From Bdellovibrionales bacterium (GTDB taxonomy: Bacteria > Bdellovibrionota > Bdellovibrionia > Bdellovibrionales > DASUEL01), in contig JBFWOZ010000009.1 of assembly GCA_050250255.1 (NCBI GenBank), forward strand, positions 16,895 to 80,894: a stretch of 64,000 nt of DNA, in the 5' to 3' direction. The notes below the pieces were generated by a model. It was not told the DNA's origin. It made no database searches and was given only the letters and a program-made list of their open reading frames with translations. This document shows positions 19,842-28,217 of the stretch, piece by piece. The translations under genes were made by a program, and so were the position numbers. How positions within the stretch are numbered: the stretch's first letter is position 1; every line of letters starts with the position of its first letter.

Positions 19842-20795
19842 TTATTGGGCCAGATTGCCGTAGAAGTAGTTTAGAACTTCTCTCATGGTCTCAGGACTTG
19901 TTCTCCAGTTTTGAGCAGCCTCACCAACAAGGGAGTCCATTTCTTTTAAAGCAAGTTCTGTTTTTCCGTCACGAGCAAGAAGAGCCACATCTTCTATGCG
20001 ACCGAGCTCAATTCCATAAACACGCTTAGAAAAAGCAGCCATGTCGGCGTGCGTACGGGCGCGCTTAGAACCAATTTCAGACCAATCCACTAAAGAAGCG
20101 GCCGCTTGTTCACTGACATCTGCATCTAAAGAAAACTTCGCTTGAAGGACTTCAGAGATGCCTTTCACTTGATCGGCACGAACCTCAGCAATTGTACCCA
20201 TGACGTCTTGACCTTGCTGACCACCGGCTGTGCGAGCTGCATTGATCGCAACACCGTCATAACCGTACTTCATACCAGATGGGCTTGTGATAGTTACATC
20301 ACTCACATCAAAATGTACGCCGGTTGTTCTCCCAGCAAAAATCCAGCCGCCCAACTCTTTAGCGAAGTTTTGTTGTTGGTATCGAGTCCAATCTGCCATT
20401 GTATAACGACCACCGCCAGGAATATGAACGAAGTAACGATAGTTTGTATAGGTTTCGCTGGTGTCTGTACAGTAACCATCGAAATCACAGCTTTCATTCC
20501 AACGTGTGGCTGTGTAAGGTTCGCGTTCAATTAAAAATCCACCATTGAGCCGGTCAATGAAAGGGTCTTCGCCTTTTGTAACCTTTGAACCATCATATTT
20601 AAAATTACAACCTGGACGAGGTTCACCTTCGCTACAGATTTGTGCCATGGAGTTATACCAAGCATTTTTATTTACATCGGGACTATTACGGATCGTCGAA
20701 AAATAGTCTGGCGTTGAGCCTCCGCCACCACCATTACAAGCGGTCATTGCAAAAGCTGTTGCCGTCATTAAACTTATTCTTAGAAGTGTTTTCAT
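19842..20795 (-). CDS. Variable lipoprotein, tandem paralog copy 2
   Basis: Lipobox MTAC, the same conserved blocks as copy 1, and an AGAGGA RBS. Confidence 0.88.
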   Translation of the reverse strand: MKTLLRISLMTATAFAMTACNGGGGGSTPDYFSTIRNSPDVNKNAWYNSMAQICSEGEPRPGCNFKYDGSKVTKGEDPFIDRLNGGFLIEREPYTATRWNESCDFDGYCTDTSETYTNYRYFVHIPGGGRYTMADWTRYQQQNFAKELGGWIFAGRTTGVHFDVSDVTITSPSGMKYGYDGVAINAARTAGGQQGQDVMGTIAEVRADQVKGISEVLQAKFSLDADVSEQAAASLVDWSEIGSKRARTHADMAAFSKRVYGIELGRIEDVALLARDGKTELALKEMDSLVGEAAQNWRTSPETMREVLNYFYGNLAQ

Positions 20796-20815
20796 ATTTC
20801 CTCTTTGTTTTAGGC

Positions 20816-20843
20816 AAAAAAAGAGCCTCTAAAAGAGGCTCTT
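20816..20843 (-). terminator. Intrinsic terminator between copy 3 and copy 2
   Basis: Perfect stem aagagcctct/agaggctctt followed by a T-run on the minus strand. Confidence 0.8.
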
Positions 20844-20852
20844 GGTGTTTCG

Positions 20853-21869
20853 TTATTGCATTACGTTTCCATAAAAGAAGTTTAAAACTTCTCTCATCGT
20901 CTCTGGACTTGTTCTCCAGTTTTGAGCGGCTTCACCAACGAGGGAATCCATCTCTTTAAGAGCGAGTTCCATCTTTCCATCACGAGCCATGAGAGCTACG
21001 TCTTCAATACGTCCTAATTCAATTCCATAAACACGCTTAGAAAACGCGGCCATATCGGCGTGCGTACGAGCGCGCTTAGAACCAATCTCTGACCAATCAA
21101 CGAGTGAAGCAGCCGCTTGTTCGCTCACATCTGCATCTAAAGAGAACTTCGCTTGCAGAACTTCAGAGATACCTTTTACTTGGTCTGCACGCTGTTCAGC
21201 GATAGAACCCATGACGTCTTTACCTGTTGTTCCACCTGCTACTTGAGCGGCGTTTAAAGCATTTCCTGCGTAAGAGTACTTCACGCCAGTAGGGCTGAGG
21301 ATTGCGATATCATTGATATCTCCACTTGAACGATGTTCGAACGACCATCCATTCAATTTATCAGCATAAAAGCGAGAGTTAAGACCCCAATCTTTTACAT
21401 TATAAATACGATTGTCAGGAGTGTTCACATAAACCATGTAGTTTGTGAAAGTTTCTACATCTGTGTAATACTCTGTATCGTAGCCACCTACACAGTAACC
21501 ATCCCAATCAACATAATCACAGGAATCCCAAACTTGTCGAGAACGTTGAACCGTTTTTGAATCTGTATAAGCAACACGCGAGAATGTGAAACCATCTAAC
21601 TTAGAATAGTGTGGATCTGCCTGTAGAGTGATTCTTGAACCATCATAACGGAAGTTACAACCTGGACGAGGTTCACCTTCGCTACAGATTTGCGCCATAG
21701 AGTTAAACCATGCGTTTTTATTCACATCTGGATTGTTACGAAGTGCATCGAATGGATCCACTTTTGGAGGTGTACTTCCTCCGCCACCGCCGCCTTCACA
21801 AGCGACTGCGAGCATTGCTAGAGCAACGAACGAACTGACTCTTAAAACTTTTGAAAAACCGGACTTCAT
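20853..21869 (-). CDS. Variable lipoprotein, tandem paralog copy 3
   Basis: Lipobox AVAC, a Gly tether and the same conserved N- and C-terminal blocks. Confidence 0.88.
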   Translation of the reverse strand: MKSGFSKVLRVSSFVALAMLAVACEGGGGGGSTPPKVDPFDALRNNPDVNKNAWFNSMAQICSEGEPRPGCNFRYDGSRITLQADPHYSKLDGFTFSRVAYTDSKTVQRSRQVWDSCDYVDWDGYCVGGYDTEYYTDVETFTNYMVYVNTPDNRIYNVKDWGLNSRFYADKLNGWSFEHRSSGDINDIAILSPTGVKYSYAGNALNAAQVAGGTTGKDVMGSIAEQRADQVKGISEVLQAKFSLDADVSEQAAASLVDWSEIGSKRARTHADMAAFSKRVYGIELGRIEDVALMARDGKMELALKEMDSLVGEAAQNWRTSPETMREVLNFFYGNVMQ

Positions 21870-21915
21870 TTCATTCCCCCTTATAGGATTTATTTTTAGT
21901 TCCGTAGGCCCCTAG

Positions 21916-21931
21916 AGCAACCTACGTGCCA
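21916..21931 (-). promoter_or_regulatory. sigma54 (-24/-12) promoter of copy 3
   Basis: Minus strand TGGCACGTAGGTTGCT is an exact match to the consensus TGGCACG-N4-TTGCW. Confidence 0.8.
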
Positions 21932-22057
21932 TATCACTTTTTTTGTTTACTTGTTTAATGTGAGTTAAAGCTTTCTTTTCGGTGACAATTAGATACCAGA
22001 GCTCTAACGCATCGCTCTATGTCACCAGTTACAAAAGCTTGATCAGACTCACTAGCT

Positions 22058-22092
22058 AAAAAAAAAGCCTGAGAATTTCTCAGGCTTTTTTT
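22058..22092 (-). terminator. Bidirectional intrinsic terminator after copy 4
   Basis: A-run, gcctgaga-att-tctcaggc, then a T-run. Confidence 0.85.
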
Positions 22093-22112
22093 GTAAGTTG
22101 TGTTTACTATTT

Positions 22113-23114
22113 TTACTTCGCAAGATTCCCGTAAAAGAAGTTTAGAACTTCTCTCATGGTCTCAGGACTTGTTCTCCAGTTTTGAGCAGCTTCACCAACA
22201 AGTGAATCCATCTCTTTCAAAGCAAGCTCTGTTTTTCCATCACGAGCAAGAAGAGCGACGTCTTCGATACGTCCTAATTCAATTCCATAAACACGCTTAG
22301 AAAAAGCAGCCATGTCAGCATGCGTACGAGCGCGCTTAGAACCGATCTCTGACCAATCAACGAGTGAAGCAGCAGCTTGTTCGCTGACATCTGCATCTAA
22401 AGAGAACTTTGCCTGAAGAACTTCAGAGATACCCTTTACTTGATCGGCACGTTGTTCAGCAACCGTGCCCATGACGTCTTTACCATTAGTGCTACCAACC
22501 GCTTGAGCTGCGTTGAGAGCAGAACCGTCGTAGGCATACTTCACGCCAGATGGGCTCAAAATAGTAATATCGTTCACATCAGTGAACGATCCCGCCAAAC
22601 GATGTTGGAAACTCCAGCCGTTGAGTGAGTAGCTTCCGCTCACAAGACCCCAGTCCTTTACGTTGAATTGTCTTCCGTCTGGAGTGTTCACAAACACATT
22701 ATAATTCGTGAAGGTTTCTGTGTAAGCATATTCACGTCTCACGTAACCAGCCTGGCAAACGCCGTCTATGTCACGATATGCACAATGATCCCATTCTTCA
22801 GTTTCGCCAACACGGTAACGCTTATCGGTGAATGACGAACGTACGAATGTAAAGCCATTCAAAGTTGTATAAGCAGGATCTTCACCTAAAGAGATTTTTG
22901 ATCCGTCATATTTAAAGTTACAGCCAGGACGCGCTGGTTCACCTTCGCTACACATCTGCGCCATAGAATTGTAAAATGCAGTTTTGTTTGCATCTGGATT
23001 ATTTCGGAGAGCTGCAAAATAATCAGGAGTGGAACTACCGCCACCACCGCCGTTACAAGCTGTCATCACAAACGCTAACATGAGAAACAAAGAACAATTA
23101 AAAACAGATTTCAT
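22113..23114 (-). CDS. Variable lipoprotein, tandem paralog copy 4
   Basis: Lipobox MTAC and the same conserved blocks; 184 bp are identical to copy 1. Confidence 0.88.
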   Translation of the reverse strand: MKSVFNCSLFLMLAFVMTACNGGGGGSSTPDYFAALRNNPDANKTAFYNSMAQMCSEGEPARPGCNFKYDGSKISLGEDPAYTTLNGFTFVRSSFTDKRYRVGETEEWDHCAYRDIDGVCQAGYVRREYAYTETFTNYNVFVNTPDGRQFNVKDWGLVSGSYSLNGWSFQHRLAGSFTDVNDITILSPSGVKYAYDGSALNAAQAVGSTNGKDVMGTVAEQRADQVKGISEVLQAKFSLDADVSEQAAASLVDWSEIGSKRARTHADMAAFSKRVYGIELGRIEDVALLARDGKTELALKEMDSLVGEAAQNWRTSPETMREVLNFFYGNLAK

Positions 23115-23148
23115 TTAGAACCCCTTTAAAAAACAAGGCATGATTAGT

Positions 23149-23164
23149 TGCCAAGCTTATGCCA
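23149..23164 (-). promoter_or_regulatory. sigma54-type promoter of copy 4
   Basis: Minus strand TGGCATAAGCTTGGCA (GG-N10-GC). Confidence 0.6.
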
Positions 23165-23192
23165 GTGATGCTCCCCGTTGAGAAGCAGAACC

Positions 23193-24554
23193 TTAGGGAA
23201 TGCGCTGCATTATCTTCGAGATCTGTTCATCCTGCTGTTCAGTGAGGATTTTAAACGTGAGTTCATTTAAAACGGTCTTCCAGACATTATGAAACTCCTG
23301 CAGGTGTTTGGGATTTACGGCCTGATACACGCGTTCATCTTTAAGAATTAAAACCGTGAGCTGCGCTAGGCGATCTAAAAGACTTATTTCTTTTGTAAAT
23401 TGGACTTTGTCACCAAAGGAGAGACGAAGTTCCGATATGGCCGGTACAAGTAACTCAAGAGAAGGAGTTTTGTCTTGTTTATCCTCAGAAATGACCAAAA
23501 ATTGATCTATCACGCAGCTGGAACAAGACCCCAGGATTCTCAGCAAAGAAAGAATATTCGGAGTCGAAAGGCCTTCTACGGAGCGAATGAGGATTTGACG
23601 AGCTCCACTGGCTTTCACGATGCGACCAAGTTCTAGTTGGGTACTCATGAGTTTTTCAAGATCTGTCACGCGCGCTATAACATAAGCGTTTTGTTCCTCG
23701 CTTGAAGAAATTGCGGTGCTACTACCACTTCCATATATATCTTGAGACGGTTTTGGCCACTGTATGCGACCATTATGAGGGTTACCTGCGATGAGCTCAT
23801 CTGGTTTTGTCGCTTTACCATTATGCGGATTACCAGCGATTTGGGTCACAGCTTTTTGATCAGCCATCGAAATGGTTAAACCAGAAAAATGGAAAGTGTT
23901 GGTCGCACGATCATAGCTATAAGAACGGGTAGGCATACCTTTACGTGCATTCTCAATAAAACGAAGAATGGTTGAAGCAGGAATAGAAAGAGCCGTACCT
24001 TCTTTGGATTTTTGAGAAACCATTCCTACGACTTTATCTCCAGCAAGAACGACAGAACCACTCAATGAACCACGAAGGGGTAATTCTACTCCTTGAACAT
24101 TCTGAATTTCCTGGGCTCGGGGAACGCCGGGCACCATTAATTTCCCGCTGGCAAGATCCATGAATCGCCCCGCGATAGTTGTTAATCCTTTAGATTGAAA
24201 ATCCCAACCCATGATGGAAACAAGTTGCATCTGTTTTAAAGGCGTCAGGGTTTCAAAAGAACAGGCCGAAAAATTCGCGTTTGGCACTTCAAGAAGAGCC
24301 AAATCCGTATGAAAATCACGCGCCATAATTTGGGCAGAAAGCTGAGAAACTTTTTCCTTTTCTACAACAAGACGAGTGGGCTGGAGCGGCAAAGTGTGTT
24401 CATTAACAACTAACTCCGTTGCAGAAATCGCAAAGGCTGTTCCGGAATACTTTATTCCGTCCTCCTCAGAGGTGACTCGCGCGAGAGTACAAGGAGCGTT
24501 CGCCAGCAAGGGTTGAGCGACGCTGAAAAGTAAAAAACTCATAAGCATTTTCAT
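23193..24554 (-). CDS. Secreted trypsin-like (S1) serine protease with C-terminal extension
   Basis: Signal peptide; GTAFAI…VVNEH (His), DLALL (Asp) and GSLSGS (Ser), followed by VVGMV. Confidence 0.7.
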   Translation of the reverse strand: MKMLMSFLLFSVAQPLLANAPCTLARVTSEEDGIKYSGTAFAISATELVVNEHTLPLQPTRLVVEKEKVSQLSAQIMARDFHTDLALLEVPNANFSACSFETLTPLKQMQLVSIMGWDFQSKGLTTIAGRFMDLASGKLMVPGVPRAQEIQNVQGVELPLRGSLSGSVVLAGDKVVGMVSQKSKEGTALSIPASTILRFIENARKGMPTRSYSYDRATNTFHFSGLTISMADQKAVTQIAGNPHNGKATKPDELIAGNPHNGRIQWPKPSQDIYGSGSSTAISSSEEQNAYVIARVTDLEKLMSTQLELGRIVKASGARQILIRSVEGLSTPNILSLLRILGSCSSCVIDQFLVISEDKQDKTPSLELLVPAISELRLSFGDKVQFTKEISLLDRLAQLTVLILKDERVYQAVNPKHLQEFHNVWKTVLNELTFKILTEQQDEQISKIMQRIP

Positions 24555-24555
24555 T

Positions 24556-26847
24556 TTAAGCTCCTTTATTCACAACGTAACCGGCGCTACGACCAGCCCC
24601 GATAGGGGAGAGAAGACGCATTTCTACAAGCAAAGTTAATTCACGAACCGCGGTTCGTGGGCTTAGACCTAAATTTCTCACTACGTCCTGACGACGAAGA
24701 ATTCGCTGAGGTCCAGAAACAAGCGAAAGTATATCTCTTTGTCTTTTGGTTAATGGTTCGGTATCTGTCCAAGCATTTCGAATCTTTGCTTTTTGCAAAG
24801 GCGACACACGATATTTTCCTATATGTAATTCAATCATCACCGACTTACGAAGTCGTCGAATGTGGCTATAGATAATAGGATCATCTTGAAAAGGGCTGTA
24901 TTCCCGACCCCATATCAATTGGATAAGTTGTTCTTTAGAAAGACCACTCAGCCCACTCTCAACTAAATGTTTTAAGATTAAAAATAAAATGGATTGGCTT
25001 TTGATATCAAGCTTCGTTCCTTTTAGAAGAACGACCCCATCCATTTCATCAACAAGTAAACCTTCAGAATATTCCTGCTCATTTTTTGAAAGCTTTGAAC
25101 GTTTTAAAATCCAATGAGTCGAAGTGAGATCTTCTCCAAAACAAAGCGTAAAAAAAGCGGATAAATCTTCTTTAACGGAAGGAGAGCATTTGTTCATTGT
25201 GTGAAGCCATTCCACTTCGTGATGTGAGTCTTGATAGACGAGTCCTCCACGCGCAAGACACGCCAGAAGCATGAGCCCTTGAGCTTGAGCCACCATTAAG
25301 GCCTCATTAAAACATCTCATCATTTTTTCGCGATCTCCCATTGAGAACGCATAAAAACCACGACCTAAACTCTTTAAACATTCTGACCATGGTGAAGAAG
25401 GAAAAGACTCCATTTTTTGAAGAATGGCGTGTACCACTGACCAATTTTTCTGTGCTACCGCAGAAATCATTTGCACTTCAAGAATAGAAAGTTTGTCTGC
25501 CGGCACATGAGGAGACGAGACAAAATCCATCCACTCACTAAGACCAATTCTTTTTTGTAGAACAATAGGGACCCGTGCGACGAGATCTGAAACATCGGTT
25601 TTTAATTGGCCCATGGAACGGGCCTGAAAAGCCACTCGTCGTAATTTCCAGGCGAGTAAGTAAAGTGACGACTGAGCATCTGCTCTTGGGTCCTGAACAT
25701 TTTCTTTACCCGCATATTCCATACCTTGTAAACCAAAGCCGGCTTCAAAAATTTCTAAAGCAGTCTGGGCTTGAGAAAATTGAGTGAAACCCTTCTCTGC
25801 AATATGTCTGCGCGACATACCTAGGGAAATTTGCGCTTGAAACACTTGTCCCAACTCTAAGTGCGCTTGACCTTGAGCTTGTCGAGCGAGCACTTTTTGC
25901 ACTTCGCTTAAGTTTTGGAAGGTAAATACTTCTTCTGTTTTTGCTAAAGCACGGAGTGGCTGATTTTGTACGATTTCTCTTTGCGCTTCAAAAAGCGAAA
26001 GACTTTTTGAAAGGCAGGGAAGTTGAAAGGTCTTGAGTTTTTGATTCACCATCTTGAGCCAAAATTGTACGTCTTTTTCTTGATCTAAAACATGGTGAGT
26101 CGCCGCGAGATTAAAAGCGGCAATCGCACTGGAAGCTGTTTCTTCTTCTAAATCGAAAATCTCAAAAGCTTGTCGATAAAGTGCAAGGGCTTTTGAATAA
26201 TGAGCTAAATTAAAGTAGGGGGAACCGCAAATTAAAAGAATTTGACCACGATCCCAAGAAGACAACTGAGAGATGTTTTGAAGAATATAACTTCTTTCAA
26301 TCAATTCAACCGCTTGTTCTTGGTCACCTGTAATCCGCAAATTGAGAATTTCAGCCGCTAAAATCTTAGGATCGGTCTTTGCATTCATGACCTGTCGAAG
26401 ACTCTCGCAGTCACGTTTTAAATAAAGTTGTGCTTGAAATGTGGCGAGCGATTTTAACTCTTTAAACTTGAGAACTAATTCCCATTGGTTGGACTCGAGA
26501 GCTCGTTTCACGATCCATTCCTTCAATACCAACGGAACCTGATTAGAGCCGAGTTGCTGATCCATCAGTTGTCCTACGAAACTCCACTCTTTTTCTCCAA
26601 ACCCAGAAAAGGATTCTTGTACCGCTTGCAGACATTCGATGAGTCTTCTTTGAAGCGAAATTTCAAACTTCTTTTCTTCTGATATTGAGAGTCTGCCAAA
26701 CTGATTTTCCTGACTCATGTTAAACAAAAGCCAGTCGGACATTTCTTTTTGCAGTTCCACTCCAAAAAGCAAGTTGGCACCTACGCCTCCATATTTGTGG
26801 AGGCAGTAGAGAAATTCTTTTTTCTGGTGCGCCAATTTGAGGCTCAT
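24556..26847 (-). CDS. TPR-repeat transcriptional regulator with OmpR-type winged helix plus a second C-terminal HTH
   Basis: TPR-like helices (YSKALALYRQAFEIF); SKEQLIQLIWG…IYSHIRRLRK (wHTH); RQDVVRNLGLSPRTAVRELTLLVE…GAGRSAGY (DeoR/Fic-like HTH). No signal peptide. Confidence 0.75.
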   Translation of the reverse strand: MSLKLAHQKKEFLYCLHKYGGVGANLLFGVELQKEMSDWLLFNMSQENQFGRLSISEEKKFEISLQRRLIECLQAVQESFSGFGEKEWSFVGQLMDQQLGSNQVPLVLKEWIVKRALESNQWELVLKFKELKSLATFQAQLYLKRDCESLRQVMNAKTDPKILAAEILNLRITGDQEQAVELIERSYILQNISQLSSWDRGQILLICGSPYFNLAHYSKALALYRQAFEIFDLEEETASSAIAAFNLAATHHVLDQEKDVQFWLKMVNQKLKTFQLPCLSKSLSLFEAQREIVQNQPLRALAKTEEVFTFQNLSEVQKVLARQAQGQAHLELGQVFQAQISLGMSRRHIAEKGFTQFSQAQTALEIFEAGFGLQGMEYAGKENVQDPRADAQSSLYLLAWKLRRVAFQARSMGQLKTDVSDLVARVPIVLQKRIGLSEWMDFVSSPHVPADKLSILEVQMISAVAQKNWSVVHAILQKMESFPSSPWSECLKSLGRGFYAFSMGDREKMMRCFNEALMVAQAQGLMLLACLARGGLVYQDSHHEVEWLHTMNKCSPSVKEDLSAFFTLCFGEDLTSTHWILKRSKLSKNEQEYSEGLLVDEMDGVVLLKGTKLDIKSQSILFLILKHLVESGLSGLSKEQLIQLIWGREYSPFQDDPIIYSHIRRLRKSVMIELHIGKYRVSPLQKAKIRNAWTDTEPLTKRQRDILSLVSGPQRILRRQDVVRNLGLSPRTAVRELTLLVEMRLLSPIGAGRSAGYVVNKGA

Positions 26848-26860
26848 GAATTAAAATACC

Positions 26861-28207
26861 TTATGGTTTTTTCACAGGGACAATTGAAGTTGCTGGCTTC
26901 GCTGTAGGTTTTGAGCTTTCGGGAGCAGACTTGGTTTCAGGTGTGTAACGTAGGCCTTCCTCAAACTGCACGCCTGTAAGGTCATTTAAAGAACCCACTC
27001 CCATCAAAAGTAATTTTACTTTTGTTTGGACGTTGTTTTCAGTGTCTTTCCCAGCATTAATGAGAGAGTACAGCTCATTCTGCCAAGCTTGAGAGTTCCA
27101 ATCATTCGCAAAGGCCTGAACTTCCTTAGCCACTGACGCATCTCCACCAGCGCGACCTTTTACCGCTGCTTTCAAAGCCATCGCTTTAAAACGAAGTTGT
27201 GTATAAATCGTGCGGTTCATATTGGAATCCAATGCGTCTTTATTGATAAGAAGCTCCCTCAGCGTGGTCTCCAGTACAACACCAATCGCCGACATCGCTT
27301 TCGAAGGGGCTCCTGCAAGTCCATTCGTCCATCCATAGCTCATGCGTAGTTGGCTCACAAGTTCACGAATATTTTCAATAATGAGTTGAGTCGTAGCAAC
27401 ATCATCATATTCACTAAAAATTTCTTCCATCACTGTACCCATGGCCACAACCATACGGGCGGACTCTTGAACGTTTTGGTGTGTTACAGGCACCGTGATG
27501 ACTTCCTTTTGTAAAACAAATGCATCCATCGCAGATTGGATAGAAGCCTTAAGTCGATCCATGTGTGGTCGGTCGGAACGTCTTAAGGAACCAGTCAGTT
27601 GGTTGAGTTGATTGAGCGTGTTCTGATAGATCGTATAAAGGCCTTGACCGGCATGACTTAGCCCAAGCGCGAGACTCTTGGGACTACCAAGAAACGCGAG
27701 GGAAACAATAGAAAGGTATGGATTTCCATTCCTCGATAGCGTCTCCTGACAATCATATGCAAACTTTGTTACCGGTTTTTCAAATTCAAACTTGGCAGGG
27801 CCAATCGCATTCCAATGTACTACTGGAAAAGTATTAAGATCTACACTAAACGTATCTGGGCGACTTTGCCTGTAAGATCGCACCAATACAGCCGTGATTG
27901 GTAAAGTAGATTCCACGCACACACAAGTTGCTAGAGCGGCTTGACGAACAGCGGTGGAACTCGTCCCGGCCAAACCAATAGGAGCCGAATAAGTTAAGTC
28001 TCCTTTCACTACAGCATTACCAGTAATTTTAACCACACCAATACCAAAATTAATTATGCATTGTTTTTTTCCTTCACACGCACTGACAACATCGAGAACG
28101 ATTTCGCCTTCTGGACTGTGAACAATCCTCTCAACTTTGCCTAGTTGTGCTTGTGAAAAAATTGGTAGCATTGAAAAAATAAATGTAAGTAGAGAAAAAA
28201 TCTTCAT
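26861..28207 (-). CDS. Secreted protein, paralog A (variable N-half, conserved helical C-half)
   Basis: Signal peptide (…FSQA). The C-terminal ~230 aa align closely with 28218-29513. Confidence 0.85.
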   Translation of the reverse strand: MKIFSLLTFIFSMLPIFSQAQLGKVERIVHSPEGEIVLDVVSACEGKKQCIINFGIGVVKITGNAVVKGDLTYSAPIGLAGTSSTAVRQAALATCVCVESTLPITAVLVRSYRQSRPDTFSVDLNTFPVVHWNAIGPAKFEFEKPVTKFAYDCQETLSRNGNPYLSIVSLAFLGSPKSLALGLSHAGQGLYTIYQNTLNQLNQLTGSLRRSDRPHMDRLKASIQSAMDAFVLQKEVITVPVTHQNVQESARMVVAMGTVMEEIFSEYDDVATTQLIIENIRELVSQLRMSYGWTNGLAGAPSKAMSAIGVVLETTLRELLINKDALDSNMNRTIYTQLRFKAMALKAAVKGRAGGDASVAKEVQAFANDWNSQAWQNELYSLINAGKDTENNVQTKVKLLLMGVGSLNDLTGVQFEEGLRYTPETKSAPESSKPTAKPATSIVPVKKP

Positions 28208-28217
28208 AAATAGTCCT

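Noticed and set aside
18617..23114. Diversity-generating retroelement as the source of lipoprotein variation
   Set aside because: There is no reverse transcriptase in the window, and the copies differ by indels and all substitution types rather than adenine-specific changes against a template repeat.
18617..23114. Shufflon or invertible cassette system
   Set aside because: All copies are in the same orientation, each is a full gene with its own signal peptide, and no site-specific recombinase is present.
24556..26847. The regulator as a sigma54 enhancer-binding protein or STAND NTPase
   Set aside because: No Walker A/B or GAFTGA motif is visible.
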